From contig CM121341.1 of NCBI GenBank assembly GCA_051530055.1, forward strand, positions 868,001-932,000: a stretch of DNA of 64,000 bases. Direction: 5' to 3'. A program made the position numbers and the translations under genes. Below are positions 21,950 to 34,479 of the stretch, piece after piece (position 1 is the stretch's first letter; each line of letters opens with the position of its first letter). The notes beneath the pieces are model-generated. The model did not search any database and was not told where the DNA came from. It saw only the letters and a program-made list of their open reading frames with translations. The DNA comes from Neoechinorhynchus agilis. Its lineage: Eukaryota; Animalia; Acanthocephala.

Positions 21950-24700
21950 AATGATAATGCCAAAGAATCTTTGATAAAGTCCTACATGAAGTTACTCATC
22001 GGATATCAACACTTTTCAACAACCTGCAGAAACAAATCGCTCAACAAATAGAAAATTTACTCGAATCCGACACCGAATAACAATAACCTAGCAGCACCAG
22101 ATTCGAATAAGGTCAGCAGTAACCCACCTGCAACGGTCAATCTATACAGGGGAAAGAGACAACCGACTGAAGCTAGTAAAGCAGGTGGAAAATTTTCGTC
22201 GCTCGATAAATGAAGGAAATAACAAACTCATCACTAGCGACTCTCACGCTGTGAAGGATGTTGTAGAATGACGATGAGTTGGTCCTCGCCAACGCCGCTT
22301 AACCTGCACTGCTTACAATGGAATTCGGGTGGAGCAGCGGCTCTAAACAGGTCTGATATTTTTACTTACATCACAGAAGATGTTATCTGTATTCAAGAGG
22401 CCAAAAAGGCTGCAGTAGGATCCTATGTTTTACCGCAAGCATTTTTACTAAAATACGATGTTTTCCGAACATTTCCGTTGAATCATTACTGTAGCGGTCT
22501 CTTAACAATCTTTAAAAACATCTTTCAGCGTCGCTGATCCAAAATTACATTAGTAAAAATCTTTCCTATGCCATTTTTAAAATTCACGCGAACGGAAAGG
22601 AGTGTATGCTGATTGGCAACATTTACGTACGTCCTAAATTTATCTATAAAAAAGATACGAAGGACATTATTAGTAACCTTTTAAGCTTGGGCAACATCTT
22701 TTTATTTGGTGATTTTTACGACCCTACAGGAAAATGGACGAAAGCTATAGCAAATAGAGAGTTCTCTCATGTATTTTTAACACCCACCCAACCCACATTT
22801 CACAGGATATCGAGTAATGTTCACTCTTGGTTGGATGGATGCTATGTCCCATCCAACCGACAGGAAAGCATTGCAGTTGCAAAACAGTGCGATTTATCGG
22901 AATCTGATAACATGGTACTTATCCAGCGACAAGTCTTTAAGCCGAAGATTCCGGTTTTCGCCCATTAACGTAGCTTTTTTCAATTTCGCCATTAAACGCT
23001 ACCTTCACGAATTTCTGAATTTCCAGGAATGGAATTCTTTACTTTTTAATCTCTCAAACAGGTTTTTATCTATTCCCAATCATTTTTTAAGAGGAGCAGT
23101 TACCTCAAACTATCTTAAATACTGTGCATCCCAAATTAAAAAAGCTAACTTGCATCAGGATGCCCCCACGCAAAAGTTTTGGTCCAACAAATACTGGGCT
23201 TGCAATTATAATCTGCATTTGCAACAACATCGTAGAGTAATGAAGAATCTTTCCTCCTATACGAAATCCTTTTGGCGAGTTTTGAAGAATTCGAAATTTA
23301 TCAAATGGAAGGACAAATCTTCAAGATGGATCAGGTCTTCATCGTATAAGGTGGTATTGTACGACATTTTAGGCAAACTCTCCGTTGGAGCAACAAATGT
23401 TTCCCCTACTAACGATTGGCTAACCCTCCCACTATTGCGATCATTAATTGAAGGAGATTTGCATATGGATGATATTTTAAAAGCACGGGGAAGTATGATA
23501 AGGTTGTCATCAAATAATTTTTGTGCTTCTAGTAAATGCCTAAGGTACATAGAACCTTCAATCCGACCCCTAATCGCCTCTTGTATGCTTAGAGCATCCA
23601 GAGATGATTGGTTGAGCATTAACCTGGCACGGAGAATTCTCCTCGTAAAAGCCAAAAAGAAGGTGGTCAATTCCTCCTCAGATCTTAGGCCAATTTCCAT
23701 TCAGAACGCCCTAGTATCTCTTTATGAGAAAGCTCTTGTTATTCGTTTGATGGAATTTTGTAGGGAAAAGGACGTTATAAACCGAAACTGCCACGGTTTT
23801 TACCAAGGGAGATCCGTAGCTTCTGCAACAAGAGCCATCTATGATTCCCTTAGGTACCAAAATTTTAGGTATCGCTGCCTCATTTCATTCGATTTTACCG
23901 CAGAGTATGACAACATTGATCTTCAATTTTTAATGCACTACATGGTCCTTCTCAACTTCCCACAAGATATTGTAGTTCGTATCAAAGATATTTTAGCCAC
24001 CAAGTCCTTTTATTTTGATGACGACGAGGATCATAAAATCTTTTATCCTAAAAATGGTTTACCACAGGGCTCCCCACTATCTCCTATTTTATTTTTAATA
24101 GCAATGCAACTTATGGCCAATTTCTATAAGGAAGGTGTCAATATTTTTATATATGCTGACGATATAAGTGCAGTTTTATTTACCAACAACTCCTGGGAAT
24201 TGCCTATACTACTGAAGGAACTGTTAGCCCATATCAACAAACATGCAGTACTCATGGGCATTGAACTTAACCCTAACAAAACCAATATTATGGCTGTAGC
24301 GGGCAGCGGATATGTAAATAAGAAACTTAATTTAATAATTAAAAATCAATTTTTACATATTTTAGATCAAACCAACATCGTTGGTCATTTACGTTTTAAC
24401 AAATTTAAAATTTTAGGATACAGTTTTAACGCAAATTTGAATGAAAAGTTAGATATGAAACTTTTTAAAAGAATTTTAATAACTGCCAAACGCTACTGTA
24501 CAAGAGCGTCGAAGCTTCAACTGAGTTATAAAAAACAATATTTTATCTGGAAAACATGGGCAATTTCTGCCCTAACCTTTTTTAGTCGCGGTCGTCCACC
24601 CGAACAGCGGCCCATTTTCGGTGAGGCCCTGCTACAAAACGCGTCATTCTTAAGACAAAAAAGAGATTCCAGATTTATTATCGAACGGAAAATGGGTGTT
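21950..24700 (+). mobile_element. LINE family A: ORF1 end, APE endonuclease (frameshifted) and RT
   Basis: EN: LQWN, VICIQE, GNIYV, GDF, PTF, WLD, SD-like. RT: LRPISI, HGFYQGRS, D....YD, GLPQGSPLSP, YADD, ILGY. Confidence 0.9.
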
Positions 24701-24779
24701 TTATTTATTTCTTGCTTCAAATTTTCGACGCCTTGCGTCTTCGTCAGGAAGCTTTTCTTCGGTTGTCTGAAAAGGAATC

Positions 24780-25110
24780 AGAGGAGGGCAACGCTGTCCG
24801 TCAGCTCATCCCTCTTATTGAGCATCCCCTCTGCCTCGTTTTGTCCGTCCTTGCTGCTCGTAACCCCACTCAATCCCACTACTCTCTCACGATTAATGCA
24901 TAGCGCTTCGGCAATCGAGAGATCCACCGGATCGGATGCCTTGTGCATCACCTCAATCTCGAAGGCTGGGTGGCACCAACGTGAGAGGTAGCGAAATGGG
25001 TAGCCCATGGGTTCGATCGGTATACGCTTCTATCGATCATCTCCAAGCGCAGTTCCTCCCTATACTTGAACAAATTCCGCTTGAGAAAATGCAATGACTC
25101 CCTAGAGTTC
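24780..25110 (-). mobile_element. Possible Penelope-like GIY-YIG C-terminal remnant in the spacer between LINE A and LINE B
   Basis: FEIEVMHKASDPVDLSIAEALCIN...LNKRDEL resembles the PLE endonuclease tail (IL..E...L.I.EA..I...LN). Also present at ~49215-49550 and ~54600-54910. Confidence 0.45.
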
Positions 25111-25699
25111 CTCAAGCTCATCATTAGGCATTGTTCTCATCTAACGTACTTGATAAAGTTGTCGATGAACTGCTGGCCGCAACTATAAACAAAATTAACT
25201 TAAAATCCCATGTTTCACAACTTGGAACGCTATCACGTGTGCTTATAATATATATTTGTTGTTGTTGCACTTTTCTATAACAATTAAAAAATCGAAATAA
25301 ACGAATCGGCGAAAACATGAACATTTTTAGTTTTCGAACTCAAGGGTTTTTATTTAAGTACGCAGCATACAAATTCGCTCAAAACAACAAAAGAGTTATG
25401 TATTCCAAGTGATTCCATCTTGTTCTCGTTGCAAGTATTCTTGACTCTTCCGTTTGGCTGATCTCGGAGCCGAAGAGACCAGGATTAAGTAACAAAATAA
25501 TGAGATAATAAAAGGAATATCTCCCGCGAGATATTCCGGCACGCTCTGCAGTCTTATAAGAATCGGGATATCCCTCCCCAAATTCTGACTGAATGGTAGC
25601 GACCAAATAACAAAAGGTTCGGGATATACAAATTATGAATAATATGGAAATGTATAGATAACGAAAATATAGAATAGCAAACGGCCCATATGACTATGT

Positions 25700-27180
25700 C
25701 CTTGTTCTGTGTCCTTGTTTTGTAAAGAATTTTTTAATATCGTATGAATTCATTTTGTGGATTACCTCTAAAATCGACTTAGTATCCGAGATACTTACCT
25801 TCTTGATCATTGCTCCATCTCTAATTCACCATTCGTATATCTTGCCAGTTGGCATTGGTAAAACATTCTTTATTAACACTATCATACATGAAAATGTTGG
25901 TTAAAAAAATCTTCCATAGGAAAGACTCCAATCGCTCTTTCATACTAAAAGTTTTATTACAAATGGTTCTACCTTTGTTACTAAAGATATTATTTACTTT
26001 TTTAATAAAATTTTTGGCAAAAGTTAGCCTAAGGTCCGGTGGTCTACCTCTGCCAAAAAAACACATAAGTAACCGCTCAAAAGGGTTTAAAAAATAGGTA
26101 GATGGTTTAAATGTGGCATGTTAAGTCTAATTAATCTCCAGCACAGTCTTTTTATTTTTATAAAAAAGGAGGCCAGATTGGAGTTTAGAATCGTTCTTTT
26201 GTTGCTAGCCGGAGAGGTAATCCCTAAGAACCCGGAACAGTTTTTAATAGAGCAAGCATTGGTTAAATCATTTTCGCATACTAGCGTAGTGAGTTTTGCT
26301 CTCACACCCGGCGTCTTTAAGGGGATAATTAAAGTATTTTGTCTATTTACAGCGAGATTCGCCCTCTTTAAAATGCAATCTGAGTTAATACGATCTCCCA
26401 TAAGTTTAAGAAGCTTTTCCCTTTTTTTATTAAAAGCTAAGAAAAATAAATCATCCGCATAGGCCCAATATTTACAATATTTCTTGTTAATTGTTTTAAA
26501 TTTTTAATCATTAATATAAGGAAAAGAGTAGGGGAAATGGGAAGCCTTGAGGCACACCATATTTCGAGTAAAAAATTGATTTGTTTTTGTCAACATCCAC
26601 AAAATATTTTTTTGATTCAAATAAAAATTGGGTTAGTTTTTTAAGTTTTTAGGGATTCTTAAACCATCCATAGCCTAATAAATAAAAGTGAGATTGATCG
26701 CGACAAATGCCTTGTTAATATCTAGTTGAACAAGGACTTTATTTACTCCAATGATTTGATCATTAAAACTTTGCAACTCGTATAACAAAGAGCTAACTCC
26801 CTTACACGGGACAAATCCATGAAAATTAGGTGGGATAAGATTTTTGTTAACTAAAAAAGTCACAAGTTTTTTATTAAGAACTTTCTCAATAATCGAAATT
26901 AACGGGTTTTGAATAGAAAAGAGTCTAACATCCCCAGGACTTGAAATTATTTTATCATTTTTGAGAATAATTATTTTCCGTACCTTATTGATGGTCAGTT
27001 AATCCTGAAAAGATAGCCTTCTATTCCAATTTAGTAATATAAGTTATTTATTAACCGAACGGACCACCTGAAGCACTTTGTTCGAGCAGGAAAGAGCGTT
27101 GTTGGCGTTAGAAACACCTCTTACCCATACTGACAAAATATCATCTTTTGAAATTTCCATTGAGTCAATAATATTGTCGG
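25700..27180 (-). mobile_element. LINE family B RT region, decayed
   Basis: RLISIQNP, HGFVPCKG, QLDINKAF, YGVPQG, AYADDL. Frameshifts. Repeated at ~50190-51590, ~55560-56960 and partly at 44617-45060. Confidence 0.85.
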
Positions 27181-28425
27181 GAAACCAAGTGAGAGAGGAA
27201 GCGACTCCAAACAGGTTCCTATAAAGTGTCATCCTTACCATACACCATCTCCGCCACTCATTATTTTATATCAGTACATCTCGAATGGGTTCACCTTCAA
27301 CTCTCTCTTTCTCTTTGTAACGACAGCCGTGAAATGACCTTCGCCGGTGTTTATCGTCCCCTGCCTCAACTCCCGCAGTAACATCTGAACAAATCTATAC
27401 CTTAATTAATGACAAACTTTCGTTAAATTCTCAACACTTCCTGATTCTAGGAGACTTCAACCACCATTGTTTTCACCTTTACCAAAATCTGCAAAGTGTC
27501 TGGAAAGTGCTGCAAAATACGTCGTCCCGTTTTTGAACTGCAAATTCTGGTGATGTGCGCATGGTTCTCAATGCATATTCTTCATTGATTATCGCCTTCC
27601 TGAGTTCTCAGAACTTCAACCACCATTGTTTCACCTTTACCGATCGCAAGACAAGGTGAAAAAAATCCTTTTTACTCATCTACCGGTTCTTCTGAAGGAG
27701 AACCGCCACAAGGATCTCTTTCAGCGTCTTCTTCCGTAATTAATGTTTTTCTGGCTATTGTTTGGGTTATCAACACTTCCGCAGTTTGCAGAACTTCGCC
27801 GGTTGACGCTGCTGGCTATCCGTCAGCACCTTCGCTGGAACAGGTGGGATGATCGCACCATCTGGCGTCTGGTGCTGGGCATCCGGGGTCGCACTGAGCG
27901 TCTTCTTTTTTCGAAACTACCGTCATCCCTAATCATTCCTGGTGGAGCGAGATCAAAAGTGGCGGTACTGGATCTGGGCGCGATCTCAACGCGGATAATG
28001 TCAGCTCGAAACACCTCAACTGGGACTTTTCTCTGCACTCCAGATTCTTCCACTGGCGCCAACCGTCGTACGCCCCTGGCTGATGTATTCTGGTCGTTTG
28101 ATTCGGCGGCGATCTCCGGCATCAACGCGCGTTTGCAATATCACCGACTTCACCGCGGCGCGTATGCTGGCGGCAGGTTTGGCTGGACGGTAATCATCAT
28201 TTCCTTGATCTTTGAGCCTCTAGCTCATATCATCAATTCTAGCTTTCAAATGGGTTTTTTTCCAGATTGCCTGAGGACTGCTCTCGTCATTCCTATCCCT
28301 AAGGCGGGGAGACTGGTTTTGCCGACTTCCTTTCGCCCTATATCTCTACTCTTGCCGTTTCCTAAAAATTTGAAAAATGTTTTAAAACTCGCATCCTCCC
28401 CATCTTTTCACAAAACATTTCGTTG
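27180..28425 (+). mobile_element. Scrambled CR1-like LINE family D fragment
   Basis: Blocks match 45060-46150 (GVYRP, LILGDFN, FEPLAHIINSSFQ.GFFPDCL.TALVIPIPK, FRPISLL) but alternate with unrelated GC-rich patches. Confidence 0.75.
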
Positions 28426-28429
28426 AGTT

Positions 28430-29900
28430 GGAGGCGCTTTTGTCTGGTGAATTTTTTAACGAATTTATTATTACGTCTTTTTCTTCAATTTTTTGTAAAG
28501 AATTTTAACTTGATCTTGCAGGGAGCGAATTTGACCCACTAAGGATTCCAAAAACTGTCTATCATATGTTTGGCTGAATGAAGTATTATGAGAAGAGGAG
28601 GGCGAAGGGTTGCTTCTGTTTACCCAGGCATTGGAGTTATAACCGTTAGAATTTTCATATGATTTGAAGTATTTTATTGCTGCAGGACAGAACCTTTTAA
28701 AGGCTTCGTGATTTCCATCACAATTGCAGCAACATATTCTACTGCTTTGGCATGATCAAGAAGGATGATTTTCGGCACAGGTGCCACATTTCGGATCATT
28801 TTTGAATTGTGAAATACAATGGCCCCATTTGTTGCATTTCTTACATTGGATCAAAATATAATCATAAATCGAGTTTTGTCTCTGAAAGGAAAAGTTTATC
28901 CAGTGGACCAGAAAAAACACCGAAGTGCCTTTTAATTTATCAATTATGTTAGATGAACCTTGTACTAGTAGAGCACAAGGGGGTTATCCGGATTATTGAA
29001 GAGAAATTTAATAGTTTTAATTTGGAATTTTTGTTCAAACATAGAAAGATCCTCCTGATTCATATTTGGAATATTGAAAACAAGCAGCGAAACTTTACGC
29101 GAAATATCCGCAAAATCCACCTGACAATCTTTTAACATTTTAGAAAAAAGGTCACGCTCGTCATAACTCACGAATGCGATTAGGTGAGCCTTTTTTGTTG
29201 AGACATATTTTTTGATCTGATAAATCTTCACACTTTCCCACTTTTTTGGTAATAACTAATTAGTAAGGTAATGTTTAACCACCTCGTTTAGAGAGGCACT
29301 TTTTAAATTTTCCTTTTTAATACGGAGAATAAATTCCGCTTTGCGTCTCGGGAGTTTCGGCGTAAACTCCTGATGGATATCAACTGAGACTTTAGAATTG
29401 AATGAGGAGTCATTATTATTCACAACCTTAGTTAAATTATGTATTTTTTGAAACCTTGGAACATTGGAAGAGTTTAATCCTTCCTTATCTATACCAACAA
29501 CTTGCGTGTGGGGGACCGGAAACCCATTATTATTTAGAAAAACCACACTGGTCTTATCAACAAAACTTTGGGGGGCAGGACACCCATTACTCAAAACCAC
29601 ATTGAGAGGAATACCAACATTCCCATCCCTGAGACCCTCCAAACTAACCTTGTCATTGACTACCGGACTAGTTTTGCGTTTATCAGTAGGATCGGGAGAC
29701 CTCAAATAATGGGATTTGATTTGATGCCTAGCAGTTGAATTTTTGAGCGACATAATTGATAATTTTTTTGTTAAAAACTGCGCACCGACAAACGAGTCTA
29801 AAGATGGAGGAATTGATTGCGCTCAGTTAGTTTCTAAAGATCTAAGTGATCGCGCAGTCTTGTCGGACTCTCGGATGGACACCGTTTATCATCCTCCACT
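28430..29900 (-). mobile_element. LINE family B ORF1 (gag-like) with three CCHC knuckles
   Basis: Minus strand ~28830-28680 reads QCKKCNKWGHCISQ(C)..KCGTCAENHPS*SC..CCCNCDGNHEAFKRFCPA, the triple knuckle typical of I/Jockey/R1-type ORF1. Duplicate at 59365-60830. Confidence 0.8.
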
Positions 29901-30099
29901 TCGAGATGAAGGAGGAGGTTTTCGGACTGATGATGTATTTGTATCTTCATTCCCTGCTCTCTCCTTCCCTCTGATTCGTCCATCCAAGTTCCCATAACCA
30001 AACTTCCCCTCAAAAAGGAGGATTATATCCTTCGCGTTCACAAATAAAATGTGGGCCCCACTCCAAGTACAATATTTTGGAAAAGTACAACCAACATAC

Positions 30100-32150
30100 T
30101 CTCTCATCACACCAACGTAATCTTCTCACTTACAGTATCAAAAAAATTTCGACAACAAGTTCAGCTTTCTCTTTTCCTTTGTCGACAACAAGGGAAAATC
30201 CATATTCTCAGATATGCTTACAGATATGAAAATAAAACATGATGATATTTCCAGAAAGGTCTCTTTCCTGATGACCAACCCTCCTCTTGATCTCCCGATT
30301 GAAGAACAAAAAATTATTGAGAGCGATCTCAAAATCAAACTCATAAAATACCTATTCCGCAAAAACAGTAGCTCCCAATATATGCCTTTCTTTGCTCCGC
30401 CCCAATTGATGTAGCTGATCGCTTATGTGGTTCCAAAAAAATTGTGTTCTCGCATTTGGTATCCTTCACCAATTATAGGGAAAATCACTCCTAGGTGTAT
30501 TTTCTGCGCTTTAGACTGTCCGGACCCCCAAAAAGTCAAATGCGCCAATTGCCATCTTCCTCACCCTGCTTTCGCCAGATCATGCCAAGCTGCTAAACAA
30601 TTTTTGGCCCAATGCTCTCCCTTGGCCAAGAAGCCCCTAAAAGAAACCATCACCAAATCTAGCTTTCCCGTTCCCGGCCCCATAAATATGAATTCTGGCG
30701 CACCCTTCTCTGCATCCCCCACATGGTTTTTTGAAGTCCCCCTCACAAAGTCGACCTTCATGAAACTTTTATGAATTGCTTTTATTATACTCTTCACTAC
30801 GAGGAAATAGAAAGAAGCAAAAAAGCTATGGAACATAATTCTTAACAAGAAATTTACTGGTTGGAAAGCTGAAGCTTCCACCTGGATCGGTTCGGTCTCT
30901 TATCCCGTGGTAATTGAAACCATTCTGAATGCCCACACTTTTAGTGCCCTTTCGGATCTCCCTATTCCCATTCTTCGAAATAAGAAGTTCAGATGGAGAT
31001 TCCGTGCTGACGAACTTTTGAAAGCCTGGAGATCTAACCCCTTCAGAGCGAACAACCAGTTTGGTGTTTCTCCTTCCATTTTCAGCAGTGTAGAGGAGGA
31101 TAATAAACTCCTCTTTTTCAACCACTTTAATGATAAAATTGAAGTGAAGGATCTGTTGAAAATTAATATAGTTAAAAAGACTTTTATCCCAAAAATAAAG
31201 TTAAAAAATCACTAATGCTTCTCATATAGATCTTCTTCAGCGATTGTTTCGCAAGCAACAATGAATTATCTTTTCAACATAAATCTGTTTATTATGACAT
31301 AGACCCTGACCGCACTCGTTTTTTCTTTAAATGCGGTGTGCCACAGGGATCTCATCTGTCCCCTACTCTGTTTCCAATTGTAATTATATACATTTTAAGG
31401 ACATTGTGGCTTAATCAAAATCGGTCTGCCCTCTGATTTACGCAGATGACATTTTTATCTTTTGTAAACACAAAAGTAGGACTTGACTCTTAAATCATAT
31501 AGATTCCTTTTTAATAAAGTTACAGAATGGCCTCAAGGAAGGTAATTTATTCGTTAATCCATCAAAAACAGTTATCCTACCACCTACTATATCTTACTCC
31601 TCTAGGGCCCAATCGAAAAAGATCTTGCTTCGCATTCAACATTTTCAGCTTTTTTAGTCAAGAGATACAACCGAATACTTGGCATAGATTTTCCATCAAA
31701 TAGGCAACGTTTTTTGAATCAAAAAACTGAAAAACATTTTAAAAAGGTCATCGTTCCCAAATCGAAGTCTCCTCTCGGCCTTACACCGTATTTTTTTGAC
31801 TAAAGTCTGGTATTATTCTCCTCATTTTCCAGCCAATAAATTTTTTTAACAATGAAATTTATTTAGTCTCTTTAAAAACGAGGGCACTGAATACCAAGCC
31901 TGGTCCTATTCTGATAAAACTTAATCCCTCCAAAAAGCTTGACTTTTATATTTTATTCACTAATTTAATTCAAAAAGGTAAACTCGAAATTATTGTGTAA
32001 TTGAGTCCTTATTTTAGACTTTTCTATGGAGGGAAAGGAATCCGCGGAGTATTGAGATCTACTCTGACTCGAGACTTTTCCTTTCTCGTCCTACTACTAA
32101 CATCTATATTTGGATATTTGGATAATCTTTAAACATTTATGGATCCTTAA
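30100..32150 (+). mobile_element. LINE family C: ORF1 with zinc knuckle and deleted RT remnant
   Basis: KCANCHLPHPAFARSC at ~30540. GVPQGSHLSP at ~31335 and LIYADDI at ~31435. Heavily deleted. Confidence 0.8.
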
Positions 32151-32278
32151 AAGACCTTAAGTGTGAGCGCAATAAATAAATTGCTGTTAATTTCCGTCAA
32201 CTAATCGCAGTAGAATGCTTGAGCGTAATAATCTAGACCTTAATTTTCGCACCAGTTTATTTCATAACGCATGCAAAT

Positions 32279-32740
32279 TCAACAAAAGTGTTCGTTTCCA
32301 CCACAGCTTTTACTAAAAGCAATCGCACTTCTCATGGACTCTTCTCCCACCAAAAGCTGCATCAGTCTATCAAGTCCAAAAGCAATTCCGCCTTGAGGGG
32401 GAGCGCGTTGTAGATGATAGAATTTCGATGAATTTATATTCAAGTATTTTGTAAAAATATGTCGTTGTAGATTGGCATTGTGAATTCGCATAGATCCAGA
32501 AGCGATTTCGGCGCCGTTTAATACGATATCGAACGCATAAGACCGGATTTCAAGGGGATCTTTGTGATCAAGATTTTCAGGAGGCGGGAAGGATAATGAG
32601 CTGATCTCAGTGCTCCATTTTCCGACCGGTCGAATAGCGGCATAATCGGTGCATTTGAATAAAAAGACATTTCGAAGTGAAAAACTGTTTATATCGAAGA
32701 AATGTTCAATCTCGAAACATTTTTAATGTGCCAGATAAAC
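32279..32740 (-). pseudogene. Mitochondrial-type AspRS C-terminal fragment, copy 2
   Basis: 32183-32748 aligns with 16999-17582. It has an additional deletion (ALDYAT missing before PPQGG). Confidence 0.85.
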
Positions 32741-32749
32741 TGGAATACT

Positions 32750-33536
32750 GCTTGAGCAAATGCTGAGCTGAGACCTCATTGTTTTGTCTGGAATAAAGTC
32801 GATCCGGTGCTCTTAAAGCATCATCCAGGCGTGTTTCCCCCTCGATCATTTCGTACACGTCCGCTTAGATGTTGAATAGCAGAATGTCGATAGAGGGATG
32901 ACCGTCGGTGGATTGTTTCAAATGTCATATATCATTGTCCTCTGGGTGAATTTGATTGAACGTTGGCGAATCCTGTCCCCGGTGTTGTCGTTACTCATTT
33001 ATTTGAGAAATATTTCGCATGGTTTTCCTTGCCTCTTCCGTCTCTATCTAAAATGGAGATGATATAAACAGCATGCACAGCAAGTCATGTCTGGATGTAG
33101 CTCAGATCCGTGGGTTTGCTAATATCCGAAGTGTGGGGGTTCGATCCACACAGAGTGTGGTTTGATTTGTTGCCTTCCATCGTCGGATTTCCCCGGATGT
33201 GAATGGCCTCAAGAATCAGTCTTCTTCTAAGATCCGGTTCGCTGGTTATGAATCTCGCCTTTTCAAAATCCACCTTGTGCTGCGTTGTTTGCTGGTGGTT
33301 CGAGATTGCTGAGGATTTGTCGAAAGTCCTGCAAACCCGTTTATGCTGCGAGATCCGTTTCTTGATCCCTTGCATAATTTGTCCAATGTAGACCTTTGAG
33401 CATTCTGCACATGGAATTTTGTAGATCCCTGATTTGCTCTCTTGTTTGGTTTTCCTCTTGAGAATACCCGCGATGGATGCGCCCCGTTGATAAAGAAATG
33501 AATAACGACAACACCGGGGACAGGATTCGCCAACGT
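32750..33536 (-). mobile_element. 5'-truncated Penelope-like element: GIY-YIG endonuclease flanked by an inverted partial terminal repeat
   Basis: SGIYKIPC..C.KVYIGQ....KKRISQH..SAISNH...H..DF...LILEAIHI. 32960-32993 is the exact reverse complement of 33503-33536. Confidence 0.88.
33005..33044 (-). ncRNA. Degenerate minimal type I hammerhead motif in the PLE 3' terminus
   Basis: Minus strand GAGA-CGGAAGA-G-GCA-loop-TGC-GAAA-TAT-T-TCTC. Stem I GAGA/TCTC, stem II 3 bp, palindromic ATAT stem III. Core U4->G, so probably inactive. Confidence 0.6.
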
Positions 33537-33860
33537 ACAATTGTATCAAATGTTCATAATTTCTTCTCCACAATTTACATCTTTTCGATGCTCCCTCGTC
33601 ATGTAGCATAACATTGAATCGTTCCAACCGCCATGTTTTCTTGGAAGTAGTCCGGTCACTCCGTGATAGTGGCGTTTCTTAATTCAATGTTAATTGAATG
33701 TCCTTGTGATCACCTTCTGCTGTTTCCATCACGAGAACATGTTTCTATTCAATAAATTGTGATGACAATGTCACTAAATAATGGTGATGCTACTGGGTCG
33801 ATCGGGGCCGAGCTTATACCGAAAGTCAATCGCTTAAATGTGATTTAAATTTATTAAACT

Positions 33861-34474
33861 TTACAAGTTTTGGAAGATAATGTTCTGCGGAGCCGCGGTT
33901 TTCCTAACGCTGGCAGCATTCCCTTGTTGTACTGCGAGGAAGATGTTTTGTTTAAGGAATGCTGTAGCACGTTGGTCCCTTTTCATCGCCACCGACCTCC
34001 TTGCTATATCTGAAACCAGCTGAAGTGCGGATTCTCCGAGGGCCCCTAACGTTTCGATCCCGAAAGGCATAAAATTGAAACTCTCCTTAAGCTCAGCGTA
34101 TTTTGCCGCTTTTGACGCTCCGCTGCGGTCGCTACAGCGCCGGGGCCTTTACTGGCTAAATCAGCAAAGGACTTGGCCATAGTGTCGGTGCAGGTTGCAT
34201 CCCATAAGAGGCACTTCCCTCGGCTCAAAGTAAAAACGGACACACCATCTGGGCGCTTACCACGAGACCTGCACAGATTGCTCGGCTCCAAGATGTTTGG
34301 AATGTTGATAGAGGTCAGGGCTCTACTCAGGATCGCGTTGATTTCGGCACGTCTGGGCGACCGTCCGGCTGACCGAGTGCGTCGGAAGCAGATGGGAGCA
34401 CCCAATCTCAAAGAGAAAGCTATATGAAATGTTTCGTTGTCCAATGTGCATTTTAACCTTGTCAAGTAGGGCAT
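33861..34474 (-). mobile_element. CRE-type non-LTR retrotransposon 3' fragment (restriction-like endonuclease)
   Basis: EP..L....GKRPDG......GKCLLWDATCTDT.A.S..AAERQK..; PFGIETLG.LG..A..L; QNI.LAVQQGNAASV. Frameshifted. Confidence 0.85.
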
Positions 34475-34479
34475 TGCAT

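Noticed and set aside
24995-25030. Pol III B box (GGTTCGATC) in the LINE A/B spacer
   Set aside because: Lacks the terminal CC, an A box and any tRNA-like fold.
33085-33627. Novel gag-GIY-YIG fusion protein (180-aa ORF)
   Set aside because: The ORF is a chance read-through of a Gypsy gag start, an inverted PLE terminus and a truncated endonuclease. No sign of selection.
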